Origin: Candidatus Uhrbacteria bacterium
GTDB taxonomy: Bacteria > Patescibacteriota > Patescibacteriia > GWA2-47-26
Length of the DNA stretch: 64,000 nucleotides
Assembly (NCBI GenBank): GCA_016187515.1
Contig: JACPJN010000006.1
Coordinates: 192,856 to 256,855, forward strand
Reading direction: 5' to 3'
The notes beneath the pieces were generated by a model that saw nothing but the letters and a program-made list of their open reading frames with translations, was not told the DNA's origin and searched no databases. Both the position numbers and the translations under genes were made by a program. Shown in pieces: positions 9,050 through 17,478 of this stretch; the stretch's first letter is position 1; each line of letters opens with the position of its first letter.

Positions 9050-10054
9050 ATGCCAACCCCAAAAGGCGAGAAAAAACCAACACCAGAACAGCCCAAAGGG
9101 CCAGAAACGCCGGAGGAAGTTGCGGTGCGCGTGGCGGGCGCAGTGCAGGCAGGAAAAGAAAAATCCGCCGCCGCGGCGCTGGCAGGGGCGGAGACCGAAG
9201 CACCGACGGCAGAGCGTGCTGAACAAGATCCTGCGGCGCAAGCCCGCGAGATTGCTCAAAAGTATCTTGACACAATTCCGGAGGCGGACAGAAAACTTAC
9301 TGACCCCAAACAGGTTGAAACTTTATTGTATGTCCTTGAAAGTACTTACACCCCTCCGGGCAGTCAACTATTTGCAAATGTAGATAGGCTCGGGAATATG
9401 CCTACACGTGCACGAGAAGCTTTTTTTAAAAAAGATGTTAAAGGGCTGGCGCAAGCATGGCGAGATTATGCTGACGATCCTGTTGGTGTTGCTAAAGAAG
9501 CCGATAAATTGAGGCAGATTGGCGCAAGTACTCTTCCGGAGTCGGTGCGCACAGCGCTACTCTCTATCATTTTGAAAGAGGGGGATCATTCCGTGGTTGA
9601 GATGGCAAAAGATGCCGCGGCAGCATTGGAGCAGACTGGTGATCTGGGAGCGTTAAAATCATTGAGGGAAAAATATCTCACACCTGAAGTATTCAAGGCG
9701 ACTTCCTTGCGGCAAGACGTTGCCCGTGAACTTCTTAAGGGGTTGTATCCGGATTTAATGCAACGTGAAGAAGTGGCATTCTTTGAGGAAATGAGTAGTT
9801 TGCCTGATGAAAAATCATCTGATAAAAACACCGTCGTGGCCATGGTCGAACGGTATGGGCAATTATTGGGTGATGCACCACTATCGGAGCGGGCTAGTGA
9901 TGAGTTAGAGGGTGCAATAAATCCGCAGGACGTCATCACTAAGATACAGGACGGTAGTATCCCAGAGCATGCTCTTGGGGCCGTTATTTCTGCGCTTCAA
10001 GTAGAAGCACGGTCCAAAATTGCTCAAAAAGCAACCTCGGCGGAGAAGAAGTAA
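9050..10054 (+). CDS. hypothetical protein, paralog B (shared N-terminal module, different C-terminal domain)
   Basis: It begins MPTPKGEKKPTPEQPKGPETPEEVAVRVAG...AALAGAE. The conserved upstream sequence is ataactaataataactcaccaatATG. Confidence 0.5.
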   Translation: MPTPKGEKKPTPEQPKGPETPEEVAVRVAGAVQAGKEKSAAAALAGAETEAPTAERAEQDPAAQAREIAQKYLDTIPEADRKLTDPKQVETLLYVLESTYTPPGSQLFANVDRLGNMPTRAREAFFKKDVKGLAQAWRDYADDPVGVAKEADKLRQIGASTLPESVRTALLSIILKEGDHSVVEMAKDAAAALEQTGDLGALKSLREKYLTPEVFKATSLRQDVARELLKGLYPDLMQREEVAFFEEMSSLPDEKSSDKNTVVAMVERYGQLLGDAPLSERASDELEGAINPQDVITKIQDGSIPEHALGAVISALQVEARSKIAQKATSAEKK

Positions 10055-10086
10055 CAGGTAATCGCCAACTCTTTACTAATTTGCAG

Positions 10087-10240
10087 TTGTACTATAAAAT
10101 AGTTGTATATGCCCCGTAGTAGAAGTTCGACAGCGACTGTTTCACTGCGGTGCATAGCACGAAATACCCTTCAGGGAGGTTATTCCCTGGAATAAACATT
10201 AACCCTTAAGTTCCAGTCGAACTTTCACTACGGGGTATGC
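10087..10240. repeat. Long near-perfect inverted repeat (19 of 20 bp arms) enclosing about 90 nt. It may be a structured RNA or the termini of a miniature element.
   Basis: The left arm is ccccgtagtagaagttcgac (10111-10130). The right arm is gtcgaactttcactacgggg. The middle contains the hairpin agggaggttattccctgg. Confidence 0.45.
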
Positions 10241-10479
10241 ACACTAACGAAACACTGCGCGGACGACTCCGCACCCCTAAAGAAGTAGAACTTGAAAAAG
10301 AATTAAACCTCCCTATCGGAAGCGAGGTAAGTATTAACATTATCTCGACAGCACCTTCTACAAGTGCGGCATTTATCCGTTTTAAGCGCGCCGTAGGGAG
10401 CTGGAAAGATATTCCAGAAGATTTTATCAAGCGTGTCTATGCCGATCGCCACTTCAGCACCCGCCGGGAACCCCAGTAG
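10237..10479 (+). CDS. putative AbrB/SpoVT(MazE/VapB)-like antitoxin remnant
   Basis: The segment ELNLPIGSEVSINIIS resembles the swapped-hairpin AbrB-type antitoxin core. It sits immediately upstream of the VapC fragment. This is a weak call. Confidence 0.25.
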   Translation: MHTNETLRGRLRTPKEVELEKELNLPIGSEVSINIISTAPSTSAAFIRFKRAVGSWKDIPEDFIKRVYADRHFSTRREPQ

Positions 10480-10487
10480 ACAATTTC

Positions 10488-10592
10488 GATTTACTTATAG
10501 GTTGTACCGCGCTTGTGTACAATCTTATTTTATTGACCAACAATCGAAAACATTACGAACTTATTGAGGGATTGCATATTGAATCTTTAGAA
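10488..10592 (+). pseudogene. VapC (PIN-domain toxin) C-terminal fragment
   Basis: It translates to [37 protein letters not shown], which is the typical VapC C-terminus (LIAATAL...LVTNN.KHF..I.GL). The N-terminal catalytic part is missing. Confidence 0.45.
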
Positions 10593-10596
10593 AATC

Positions 10597-10704
10597 CTTA
10601 AACTTCTCCACCCTTTCATGCCCTTTGTTACGGAGGCGGTGTGGCAGCGAATGCCCCACGCCCAAAAATCCATGCTCATAGTTGAGAAATGGCCAAAAAT
10701 GTGA
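10597..10704 (+). pseudogene. Duplicated 3' fragment of valS
   Basis: It encodes ...[34 protein letters not shown]. The real valS C-terminus at 6870-6982 reads [34 protein letters not shown]. The two are about 75% identical at nucleotide level over about 100 nt. Confidence 0.6.
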
Positions 10705-10758
10705 TACAATATGGAAGTCAACCACGAACTACTACATGCGAATATACACGAAATTTAA

Positions 10759-11941
10759 TATGCAACCGACAAAACAACAACTTGATGAACTACTGACGCG
10801 GGGAGTCGCGGAAGTGATTGACCGTGAACATCTTAAGGCGCGCCTGCTTAAAGGCGAGAAGTTGCGCCTCAAGCTTGGTATTGATCCGACTGGGCCGGAT
10901 TTGCATATTGGGCATGCGGTGGTACTTTGGAAATTACGCGCGTTTCAGGAACTCGGACATCAAGTTATAATTGTGGTCGGCGATTTTACCGCCACGATCG
11001 GCGATCCTTCCGGACATGATAAAATGCGCGAACCGCTCACGCCCGCGCAAATCAAAAAAAATCTTACTACCTTTAAAAAACAAGCGCTCATGGTGCTTGA
11101 CCCGAAACGCACCGAGTTTGCGCCGCAGACCAAATGGTTTGATAAAATGACACCCCAGGACATCATGGGCCTTACCACGCACTTCTCGGCATGGCGCATT
11201 CTTGAACGAGATCTTTTTGAAAGGCGGAAAAAAATGGGCGAGGAATTGAGTTTGCTGGAACTATTCTATCCCGTATTTCAGGCCTATGATTCCGTGGCCA
11301 TCAAGGCCGAGGTAGAATTCGGCGGAACTGATCAGACCTTTAATCTCTTACAAGGCCGGAAGATCCAACCACACTTTGGCCAAAAACCACAAGATATCTT
11401 CACGATGCAACTTCTTGAAGGCCTTGACGGTCGCAAAATGAGCAAGACCTACGGCAACACGGTAAACCTACTTGATGCTCCGGAAGAAAAATACGGAAAA
11501 ATCATGTCGTTGCGGGATGATCTAATGGTAAAATACTTTGCGCTTTGCACACGTCTGCCTTTGGATGAAATAACGCGCATCTTAAAGCAGAATCCCCGCG
11601 ACGCCAAAATGCGCTTGGCGCGAGAAATTGTGGCGCTATACCATGGAGCGAAAGCCGCGCAGAGGGCAGAGGATCAATTCGTGCGGACGTTTCAGAAGCA
11701 TGAAATTCCAAGCGAGATAAGCGAGATAAGGATTAAGGATCAAGTATTGAACATTGTTGAACTGTTGGTGAAAGCGAAGCTGGCGGAAAGCAAAGGTGAT
11801 GCCCGCCGAGTAGTTGAACAAGGCGGGGTGCAGGTGGATGGAAAAGTTGTCAAAGATCCCAACGCCGAAATCAAACTCGGGAAGCAAGGCGTGCTTCTCC
11901 AAAAAGGCAAACGGCATTTTGTGCGAGTGTATGGTGCTTAA
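10759..11941 (+). CDS. tyrS: tyrosyl-tRNA synthetase with C-terminal S4 domain
   Basis: HIGH motif (GIDPTGPDLHIGHAV), KMSKT, and an S4-like C-terminus. I place the start at MQPTKQQLDELL (10759). Confidence 0.85.
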
Positions 11942-13817
11942 TCAGGCACGAAAAGACATCCTAGCGATTCTCAATAAGGCGGGGGTTGCGGCAACGCCCG
12001 CTGATCTTGTCTTTCCGCCAGATCCGCAGATGGGCGATCTGTCGTTGCCGCTTTTTGCGCTGGCCAAGGAGCGGAAAATTGCGCCGGGGGCGCTGGCGCA
12101 GGAATTGGCACGGACATTGAAACCGGCCGGACTGGTGGAGCGCCTTGAGGCCGCTGGGCCGTACCTTAATTTTCGGCTGAAGCGGGGGGAAGTGGCTAAA
12201 ATGATGCTCACCCTCCCCTCAATCCCCTCCCGTCAAGGGAGGGGAAGCAAAACAAAATCCCCCTCCCCTAGTGGGAGGGGTCAGGGGAGGGGGAATCAGC
12301 GCATCATGATGGAAATGGTTTCTCCCAACAACAACAAACCTCTCCACCTCGGACACTTGCGCAATGCGTTTTTGGGCGAATCAGTCGCCCGTCTGCTTGA
12401 ATCGCAAGGCGCAAAAATTATTCGTACCTGTCTTTTTAACGATCGCGGACTGGCGATTGCCAAAGCCATGCTCGCCTACAAACTTTGGGGCCCGCCAAAC
12501 TTTCCATCAACAAAGGATAAAGTTAAGCGGGTAAACCAAAGTCTGCCAGAAAAGGGAGACCACTATGTGGTGCAGTGGTATGTGTTATTTGAGCAAAGAG
12601 CAAAGAGCAAAGAGCAAAGTGATTTACAAAAACAAGCCGAGGAATTGGTGCGCCTTTGGGAAGCCGGCGACAAAGAAACTCTCGCGCTTTGGAAAAAAAT
12701 GGCTGGCTGGGCGCTGGACGGCATCAATGAAACACTCAAGCGGATTGAAATTAAATTCAACACTATCTATTATGAGAGTGAGCTTTGGAAACAAGGGAAA
12801 AAAGTGGTTGAGCAAGGATTAAAAAAGGGTATTTTTAAAAAAGACGAGAGCGGGGCGGTGCTGGTGGAATTTGACTCACCCTCACCCCAACCCTCTCCCA
12901 TCAAGGGAGAGGGAGTAATCGGCAATCCCCCTCCCCTGGTGGGAGGGGTAAGGGGAGGGGGTTTACCCCCAAAAGTTCTTTTGCGCTCCGATGGCACGGC
13001 AATCTATGCCACGAGCGACCTAGCGCTTACCCCGGAAAAATTTAGAAAATATAAACTTTCGCATTCAATCTGGTGCGTGGGGCAGGAACAGGATCTTTAT
13101 TTGAAACAGCTTTTTGCAATTTTTAAACTGCTCAATTACAAATGGTCTGATTCCTGCGAACATTTAACCTACGGGCACGTCGCGCTTCCGGAAGGGCGCA
13201 TGAAAACGCGGGAGGGAACTGTGGTGGAAGCCGATAATCTTTTGGATGAACTTCACGAACTCGCCCGCAAAGAAACGCAAAAACGGCATAAAGGCCTTGG
13301 GCGCGAAAACCTGCATGCCCGAGCTGAAACAATCGCGCAGGCCGCGGTGCGCTATCATCTTTTGCGCGTTGACCCGAAATCCGGAATCCAATTTGACCCG
13401 CAACAATCACTCGCCTTTACCGGCGACACCGGGCCGTATCTGCTTTACACGTATGCGAGGATTGCAAGCATACTCCGGAAGGCGGAAACTAGAAATTTGA
13501 AATTAGAAACTAGAAAATCTAAATCACCAATCACTAATTTCCAATTTCCAATTTCGCAAAATGAGTGGACACTCATTTTGCTTCTTGCCCGCTTTCCGGA
13601 AATCATTACGCAGGCCACCAAAGATCGCGACCCATCCCATCTTGCAAAATATCTCTATAAACTTGCTCAACAATTTTCTGATTTTTACGAAAACTCGCCA
13701 ATTCTCAAATCCGCCGAACCCATCCGCTCCTTCCGCCTGGCCCTTATTTCCGCCATTCAAAAAACTCTTAAACATGGTCTGCACCTTTTGACCATTGAAA
13801 CGGTGGAGGAGATGTGA
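11931..13817 (+). CDS. argS: arginyl-tRNA synthetase
   Basis: The HIGH-like motif reads PNNNKPLHLGHLRN. The ATG at 11931 overlaps the tyrS end by 11 nt. It carries heptamer repeats at 12588-12620 and 13486-13550, and palindromic insertions at 12210-12297 and 12878-12965. Confidence 0.85.
   Translation: MVLNQARKDILAILNKAGVAATPADLVFPPDPQMGDLSLPLFALAKERKIAPGALAQELARTLKPAGLVERLEAAGPYLNFRLKRGEVAKMMLTLPSIPSRQGRGSKTKSPSPSGRGQGRGNQRIMMEMVSPNNNKPLHLGHLRNAFLGESVARLLESQGAKIIRTCLFNDRGLAIAKAMLAYKLWGPPNFPSTKDKVKRVNQSLPEKGDHYVVQWYVLFEQRAKSKEQSDLQKQAEELVRLWEAGDKETLALWKKMAGWALDGINETLKRIEIKFNTIYYESELWKQGKKVVEQGLKKGIFKKDESGAVLVEFDSPSPQPSPIKGEGVIGNPPPLVGGVRGGGLPPKVLLRSDGTAIYATSDLALTPEKFRKYKLSHSIWCVGQEQDLYLKQLFAIFKLLNYKWSDSCEHLTYGHVALPEGRMKTREGTVVEADNLLDELHELARKETQKRHKGLGRENLHARAETIAQAAVRYHLLRVDPKSGIQFDPQQSLAFTGDTGPYLLYTYARIASILRKAETRNLKLETRKSKSPITNFQFPISQNEWTLILLLARFPEIITQATKDRDPSHLAKYLYKLAQQFSDFYENSPILKSAEPIRSFRLALISAIQKTLKHGLHLLTIETVEEM
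12210..12297. repeat. Palindromic element in-frame in argS
   Basis: The sequence caccctcccctcaatcccctcccgtcaagggaggggaag...ccccctcccctagtgggaggggtcaggggaggggg translates to LTLPSIPSRQGRGSKTKSPSPSGRGQGRGN. Confidence 0.6.
12878..12965. repeat. Palindromic element in-frame in argS (second)
   Basis: It translates to SPSPQPSPIKGEGVIGNPPPLVGGVRGGGL. Confidence 0.6.
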
Positions 13818-13974
13818 CATAACACGAAATAGACACAGATCGTTAACGAATGAATCACAAATTAAAATAAAAAGAAAGGGAGTAACCTTCGGACAAAACC
13901 TTAGGCGTGCCCCTTCATCGTGATATCTAAACTATACCATAAGCCCTCCTGCTCTGTCAAGGGGCTCTAAACGC

Positions 13975-15225
13975 ATGCATATTGCCATTGACGCTCGAAT
14001 GTATGGAACCGCCCAGCGCGGGATTGGACGGTATTTGATGAAGTTGATTGAGGGGTTGGAGGAAATTGAAATTGCTCCCACCCCTCCGAACCTCCCTTCG
14101 GGCAGGGGAGGAAATTTGTACACCATTTTTTTACGCCGTGAAAATTTTGACGAATACCAGCCGCGCAATCCCAATTTCAAAAAAGCGCTTTGGAACGCGC
14201 CCTGGTACGGCTTGAAAGAGCAAATCAATTTCAAACAACTCACTGCTGTGAACTGTGAACCGATGGCTGTGAACTCAATATACCATTTCCCCCATTGGAA
14301 TGTCCCCCTTTTATTCCGCCAGCCATTTGTGGTAACTATCCATGACCTGGAACTTTTCTCATCCAATCGCACACGGGAGAATACAACGCGCGGACGACTT
14401 ATCTACTGGTTGAAATTTCAGGCCTTCAAAATAATTTTCCGCCATGCCGTACTGGCCGCCCGCGGAATCATTGTGCCGAGCAATTATGCGCGCGAGCAGC
14501 TTTTAGATCTGTATCCGCAGGCGCGGAAAAAAGTACGGGTGATCTACGAAGCACCCGCTTTAGTCAACAGTTCACAGTCAACAGTTCACAGTAAACCAAA
14601 GCAAGCCGTGAACCGTGAACCGCTGACTGATGACTACGTCTTGTACGTTGGCGCCGCCTATCCGCATAAAAATCTTCCCCGCCTATTTGAGGCGTGGAAG
14701 ATCGTACACGCGCAATTACCTGACTACAAACTTGTACTGGTCGGCCGGGAGGATTGGTTTTGGAAAAAACTAAAAGCACAGTGGGGGCATAACCCCTCCC
14801 ATCCTCCCCTTACCTTAAGGGGAGGAGACGATCGCGACCCACCTCTTAAGGTAAGAGGGGGGAGGGGGAGTTATGGCCAACAAAACGACATTATCTTTTA
14901 TGGCGAAACTACGGACGCCGAACTTACCGCCCTTTACCAAAACGCCGCCCTCCTGGTGCAGCCCTCGCTCACGGAAGGATTTTCTCTCCCTCCGCTTGAA
15001 GCGCTTGCCCACGGCACGCCGGTCGCGGTTTCCGACATCCCGGTACACCGCGAAATTCTAGGCCAAGCCGCGGCCTATTTTGATCCGAAAAATCCCGCCG
15101 CCATTGCTAACGTGATTATTCATACCCTGCGTAACCCGATAATCGCTAAGCTGCCGCGTACCTATTCTTGGCGCGAAAATGCCCAACAAACTCGGGCGCT
15201 GTACGAAACCGTCAAGATTGTGTAA
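13975..15225 (+). CDS. glycosyltransferase family 1 (GT4)
   Basis: The C-terminus has the E-x7-E region EGFSLPPLEALAHGTPV. There are palindromic insertions at 14088-14124 and 14788-14876. Confidence 0.7.
   Translation: MHIAIDARMYGTAQRGIGRYLMKLIEGLEEIEIAPTPPNLPSGRGGNLYTIFLRRENFDEYQPRNPNFKKALWNAPWYGLKEQINFKQLTAVNCEPMAVNSIYHFPHWNVPLLFRQPFVVTIHDLELFSSNRTRENTTRGRLIYWLKFQAFKIIFRHAVLAARGIIVPSNYAREQLLDLYPQARKKVRVIYEAPALVNSSQSTVHSKPKQAVNREPLTDDYVLYVGAAYPHKNLPRLFEAWKIVHAQLPDYKLVLVGREDWFWKKLKAQWGHNPSHPPLTLRGGDDRDPPLKVRGGRGSYGQQNDIIFYGETTDAELTALYQNAALLVQPSLTEGFSLPPLEALAHGTPVAVSDIPVHREILGQAAAYFDPKNPAAIANVIIHTLRNPIIAKLPRTYSWRENAQQTRALYETVKIV
14788..14876. repeat. Palindromic element in-frame in the glycosyltransferase gene (a smaller copy lies at 14088-14124)
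   Basis: The sequence cataacccctcccatcctccccttaccttaaggggagga...cttaaggtaagaggggggagggggagttatgg translates to HNPSHPPLTLRGGDDRDPPLKVRGGRGS. Confidence 0.6.
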
Positions 15226-15234
15226 GATAATCAC

Positions 15235-17478
15235 ATGCCCCGCAAAAAGGACGCGCAAAAACCCATCCCGTTATCAATCAATCCGCAGCAAGGCGAATCC
15301 TCGCCCCATTTGTTGAATTTGCGCTCCGCTTCCGCGGAGCAGCCGGTCTCCCATCCGAAAGCCGCCAATCGAACCCTGGAGGAAACCCTGGCCGATTTTG
15401 ATGATCGCTTGAAAGATGTGCCGGACTTGCTGAAAACCCGCGTTAAAAGCGCCTCGTCATCTTGGCAGCAATCCGTAGACGCCTTATTGGAACGCGCTTC
15501 ATCCTGGTCAAAAATAGCCCAGACCCGAATTGGTGAACAGGCCTCCTTGACCCGCAAGAAAATACGCAAAAAAGTCGCGGCCCCGCTGCTGCCCGGCCTC
15601 ACGACCGGGGTTTCCCAGTTTATCTTTATTTTTGCCATGGTCGCGCTGATCACCATTCCGCTCCAGGCCCTGCTGTTATACCGCGCCATCCAAAAAACCC
15701 AGTCCTCCCTGACCCAAAACCTAACCAACATCCGAAGCGAGGGTCTGGCCCTCCAAAACGCCCTGGAGAATAAACATTTTCAAGAACTGCCCCGCTCGCT
15801 TGCCGCAATTCTGGACAACCTGCGTAAGATGCGCAAAACCGCGGATCAACTCGGCCCCCTGCGCCTGCTGCTCCCGCCTCGGCTGCAGACCGACTACGCG
15901 CTGCTGCGCCTTAGCGAACTGACCCTGGCCTCGGTAACCCCCATCGCCGCCCAAACCCAAGACCTGGCTGACGGCCGGATTAGTTCCCCGACCCTCATTA
16001 ATAATATCCATCAAGAATTGGAAACGCTGCGGAAGAATCTTCGGCAAAAACGCGCTCCCGCGGCGCTAACCGGACTGACGGGATTAGTGGAAGCGGGACT
16101 GGCGCGGGCCGCTGATCTTTCCGCCGTCGTCTCCTATTTGGCCGGGTCACCGGAACCGCGGCGCCTGCTGCTGATTTTTCAAAACCCCCGCGAGCTGCGG
16201 GCCACCGGAGGATTTGCCGGTTCTTTCGCTTTGCTTACCGTGCGCGGCGGGATGATCGAGTCAATTGCGGCGCCGGAAGGCGGAACTTATGCCATTTCCG
16301 GCCAGCTCCCCTTACAACTCATCAGCCCCCAACCCCTGCACCTGATTAATCCGCGCTTCGAATTTCAAGATGCCAACTGGTGGCCCCATTTCCCTACCTC
16401 GGCGGCCAAAATCGCGGACCTGTTTCAGGCCTCCGGCGGCCCCACCGTTGACGCGGTTATCGCGATTACCGCGACCGTTGGCGAAGAACTTTTGCGTCTG
16501 CACGGCCCCCTTAAAGGCGCCGAGGGAAACCTGGACGCGGAACATTTTATTGATACGCTTCAGGAGGTCATTGCGAAAGATCGAGTCCTGGACCCCCGGG
16601 CCCCTAAAAAAGTTATTACCAAACTGCTCCCCGCGATGGTGGAAGTTGTTAAAAACAATCTTGCCAAACGTCCTTCTGAACTGGCTTCTACGACGCTAAA
16701 ACTGCTGGCGAAAAAAGATATCCAGCTCTGGGCCCGTGATGAAGAAATCCAAGCCGCGGTACGCCGGCTCGGCTGGACCGGAGAGTTGCATGCCGCCCCG
16801 GGAGATTATCTGGCTGTGATTACTTCCAACGTCGGGGGGGGGAAAACCGATAACGTGGTCAAAGAGGAAATTGAACAGGAGGCCACGATCTTATCCAGCG
16901 GCGTGATCCGGAAAAATTTGCGAATCAAACGCGTCCATCAAGGTGAGCGGGGCAGCGCGAAAACCGGTTTTCGGAACGTCGCGTACTTGCGCGTGTATGT
17001 TCCCGCGTTCTCGCGGCTGATCAAAGCCGAGGGTAATCGCCCGCCGCCGGCTTTCGCGTTTGAGACCCCGGCCAATACCCTGACCCCGGATCCGGATATC
17101 CGCGCCGCCGAATCAGCGATCTTTAAGGATCCCCAAAGCGGCGTGGAGATCTGGGACGAGCAGGGAAAAACTGTTTTCGGGCTTTGGCTCACGGTTGACC
17201 CAGGGGAAACCGCGCAAGCCACGCTCAATTTTGAGGTTCCGCTTCATAAAAATAATCAGACCATCCCCCCCTTTGCGAAGGGGGGGGCCATCCCTTACGC
17301 GCTGTTGATCGAACCGCAAGCCGGCAAAACTCCGCTCTTCAAAAGCGCCATCCAACTCGAGGAGACACTCCGCCCCCTCACGGTTACGGGTCCGGGCGCC
17401 TGGAGCGCGGCCGGTTGGACCTTTGAAGGCCCGCTGGACAAGAATATCCTGGTTGGCAGCATCCTCCAAACTTTATGA
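15235..17478 (+). CDS. DUF4012-like membrane-anchored protein (envelope-associated)
   Basis: One N-terminal TM helix. Motifs RELRATGGFAGSFALL and DANWWPHFPT are characteristic of DUF4012. There is a poly-G/C hairpin insertion at 17264-17298. Confidence 0.5.
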   Translation: MPRKKDAQKPIPLSINPQQGESSPHLLNLRSASAEQPVSHPKAANRTLEETLADFDDRLKDVPDLLKTRVKSASSSWQQSVDALLERASSWSKIAQTRIGEQASLTRKKIRKKVAAPLLPGLTTGVSQFIFIFAMVALITIPLQALLLYRAIQKTQSSLTQNLTNIRSEGLALQNALENKHFQELPRSLAAILDNLRKMRKTADQLGPLRLLLPPRLQTDYALLRLSELTLASVTPIAAQTQDLADGRISSPTLINNIHQELETLRKNLRQKRAPAALTGLTGLVEAGLARAADLSAVVSYLAGSPEPRRLLLIFQNPRELRATGGFAGSFALLTVRGGMIESIAAPEGGTYAISGQLPLQLISPQPLHLINPRFEFQDANWWPHFPTSAAKIADLFQASGGPTVDAVIAITATVGEELLRLHGPLKGAEGNLDAEHFIDTLQEVIAKDRVLDPRAPKKVITKLLPAMVEVVKNNLAKRPSELASTTLKLLAKKDIQLWARDEEIQAAVRRLGWTGELHAAPGDYLAVITSNVGGGKTDNVVKEEIEQEATILSSGVIRKNLRIKRVHQGERGSAKTGFRNVAYLRVYVPAFSRLIKAEGNRPPPAFAFETPANTLTPDPDIRAAESAIFKDPQSGVEIWDEQGKTVFGLWLTVDPGETAQATLNFEVPLHKNNQTIPPFAKGGAIPYALLIEPQAGKTPLFKSAIQLEETLRPLTVTGPGAWSAAGWTFEGPLDKNILVGSILQTL

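Noticed and set aside
10560-10760. T-box leader or riboswitch upstream of tyrS
   Set aside because: The sequence is explained instead by a VapC fragment and an in-frame duplicate of the valS 3' end. I saw no specifier or T-box motif (AATTAGGGTGGNACCGCG).
15231-15731. 166-aa minus-strand ORF
   Set aside because: It is antisense to the start of the DUF4012-like gene, which has a clear TM helix and conserved motifs.
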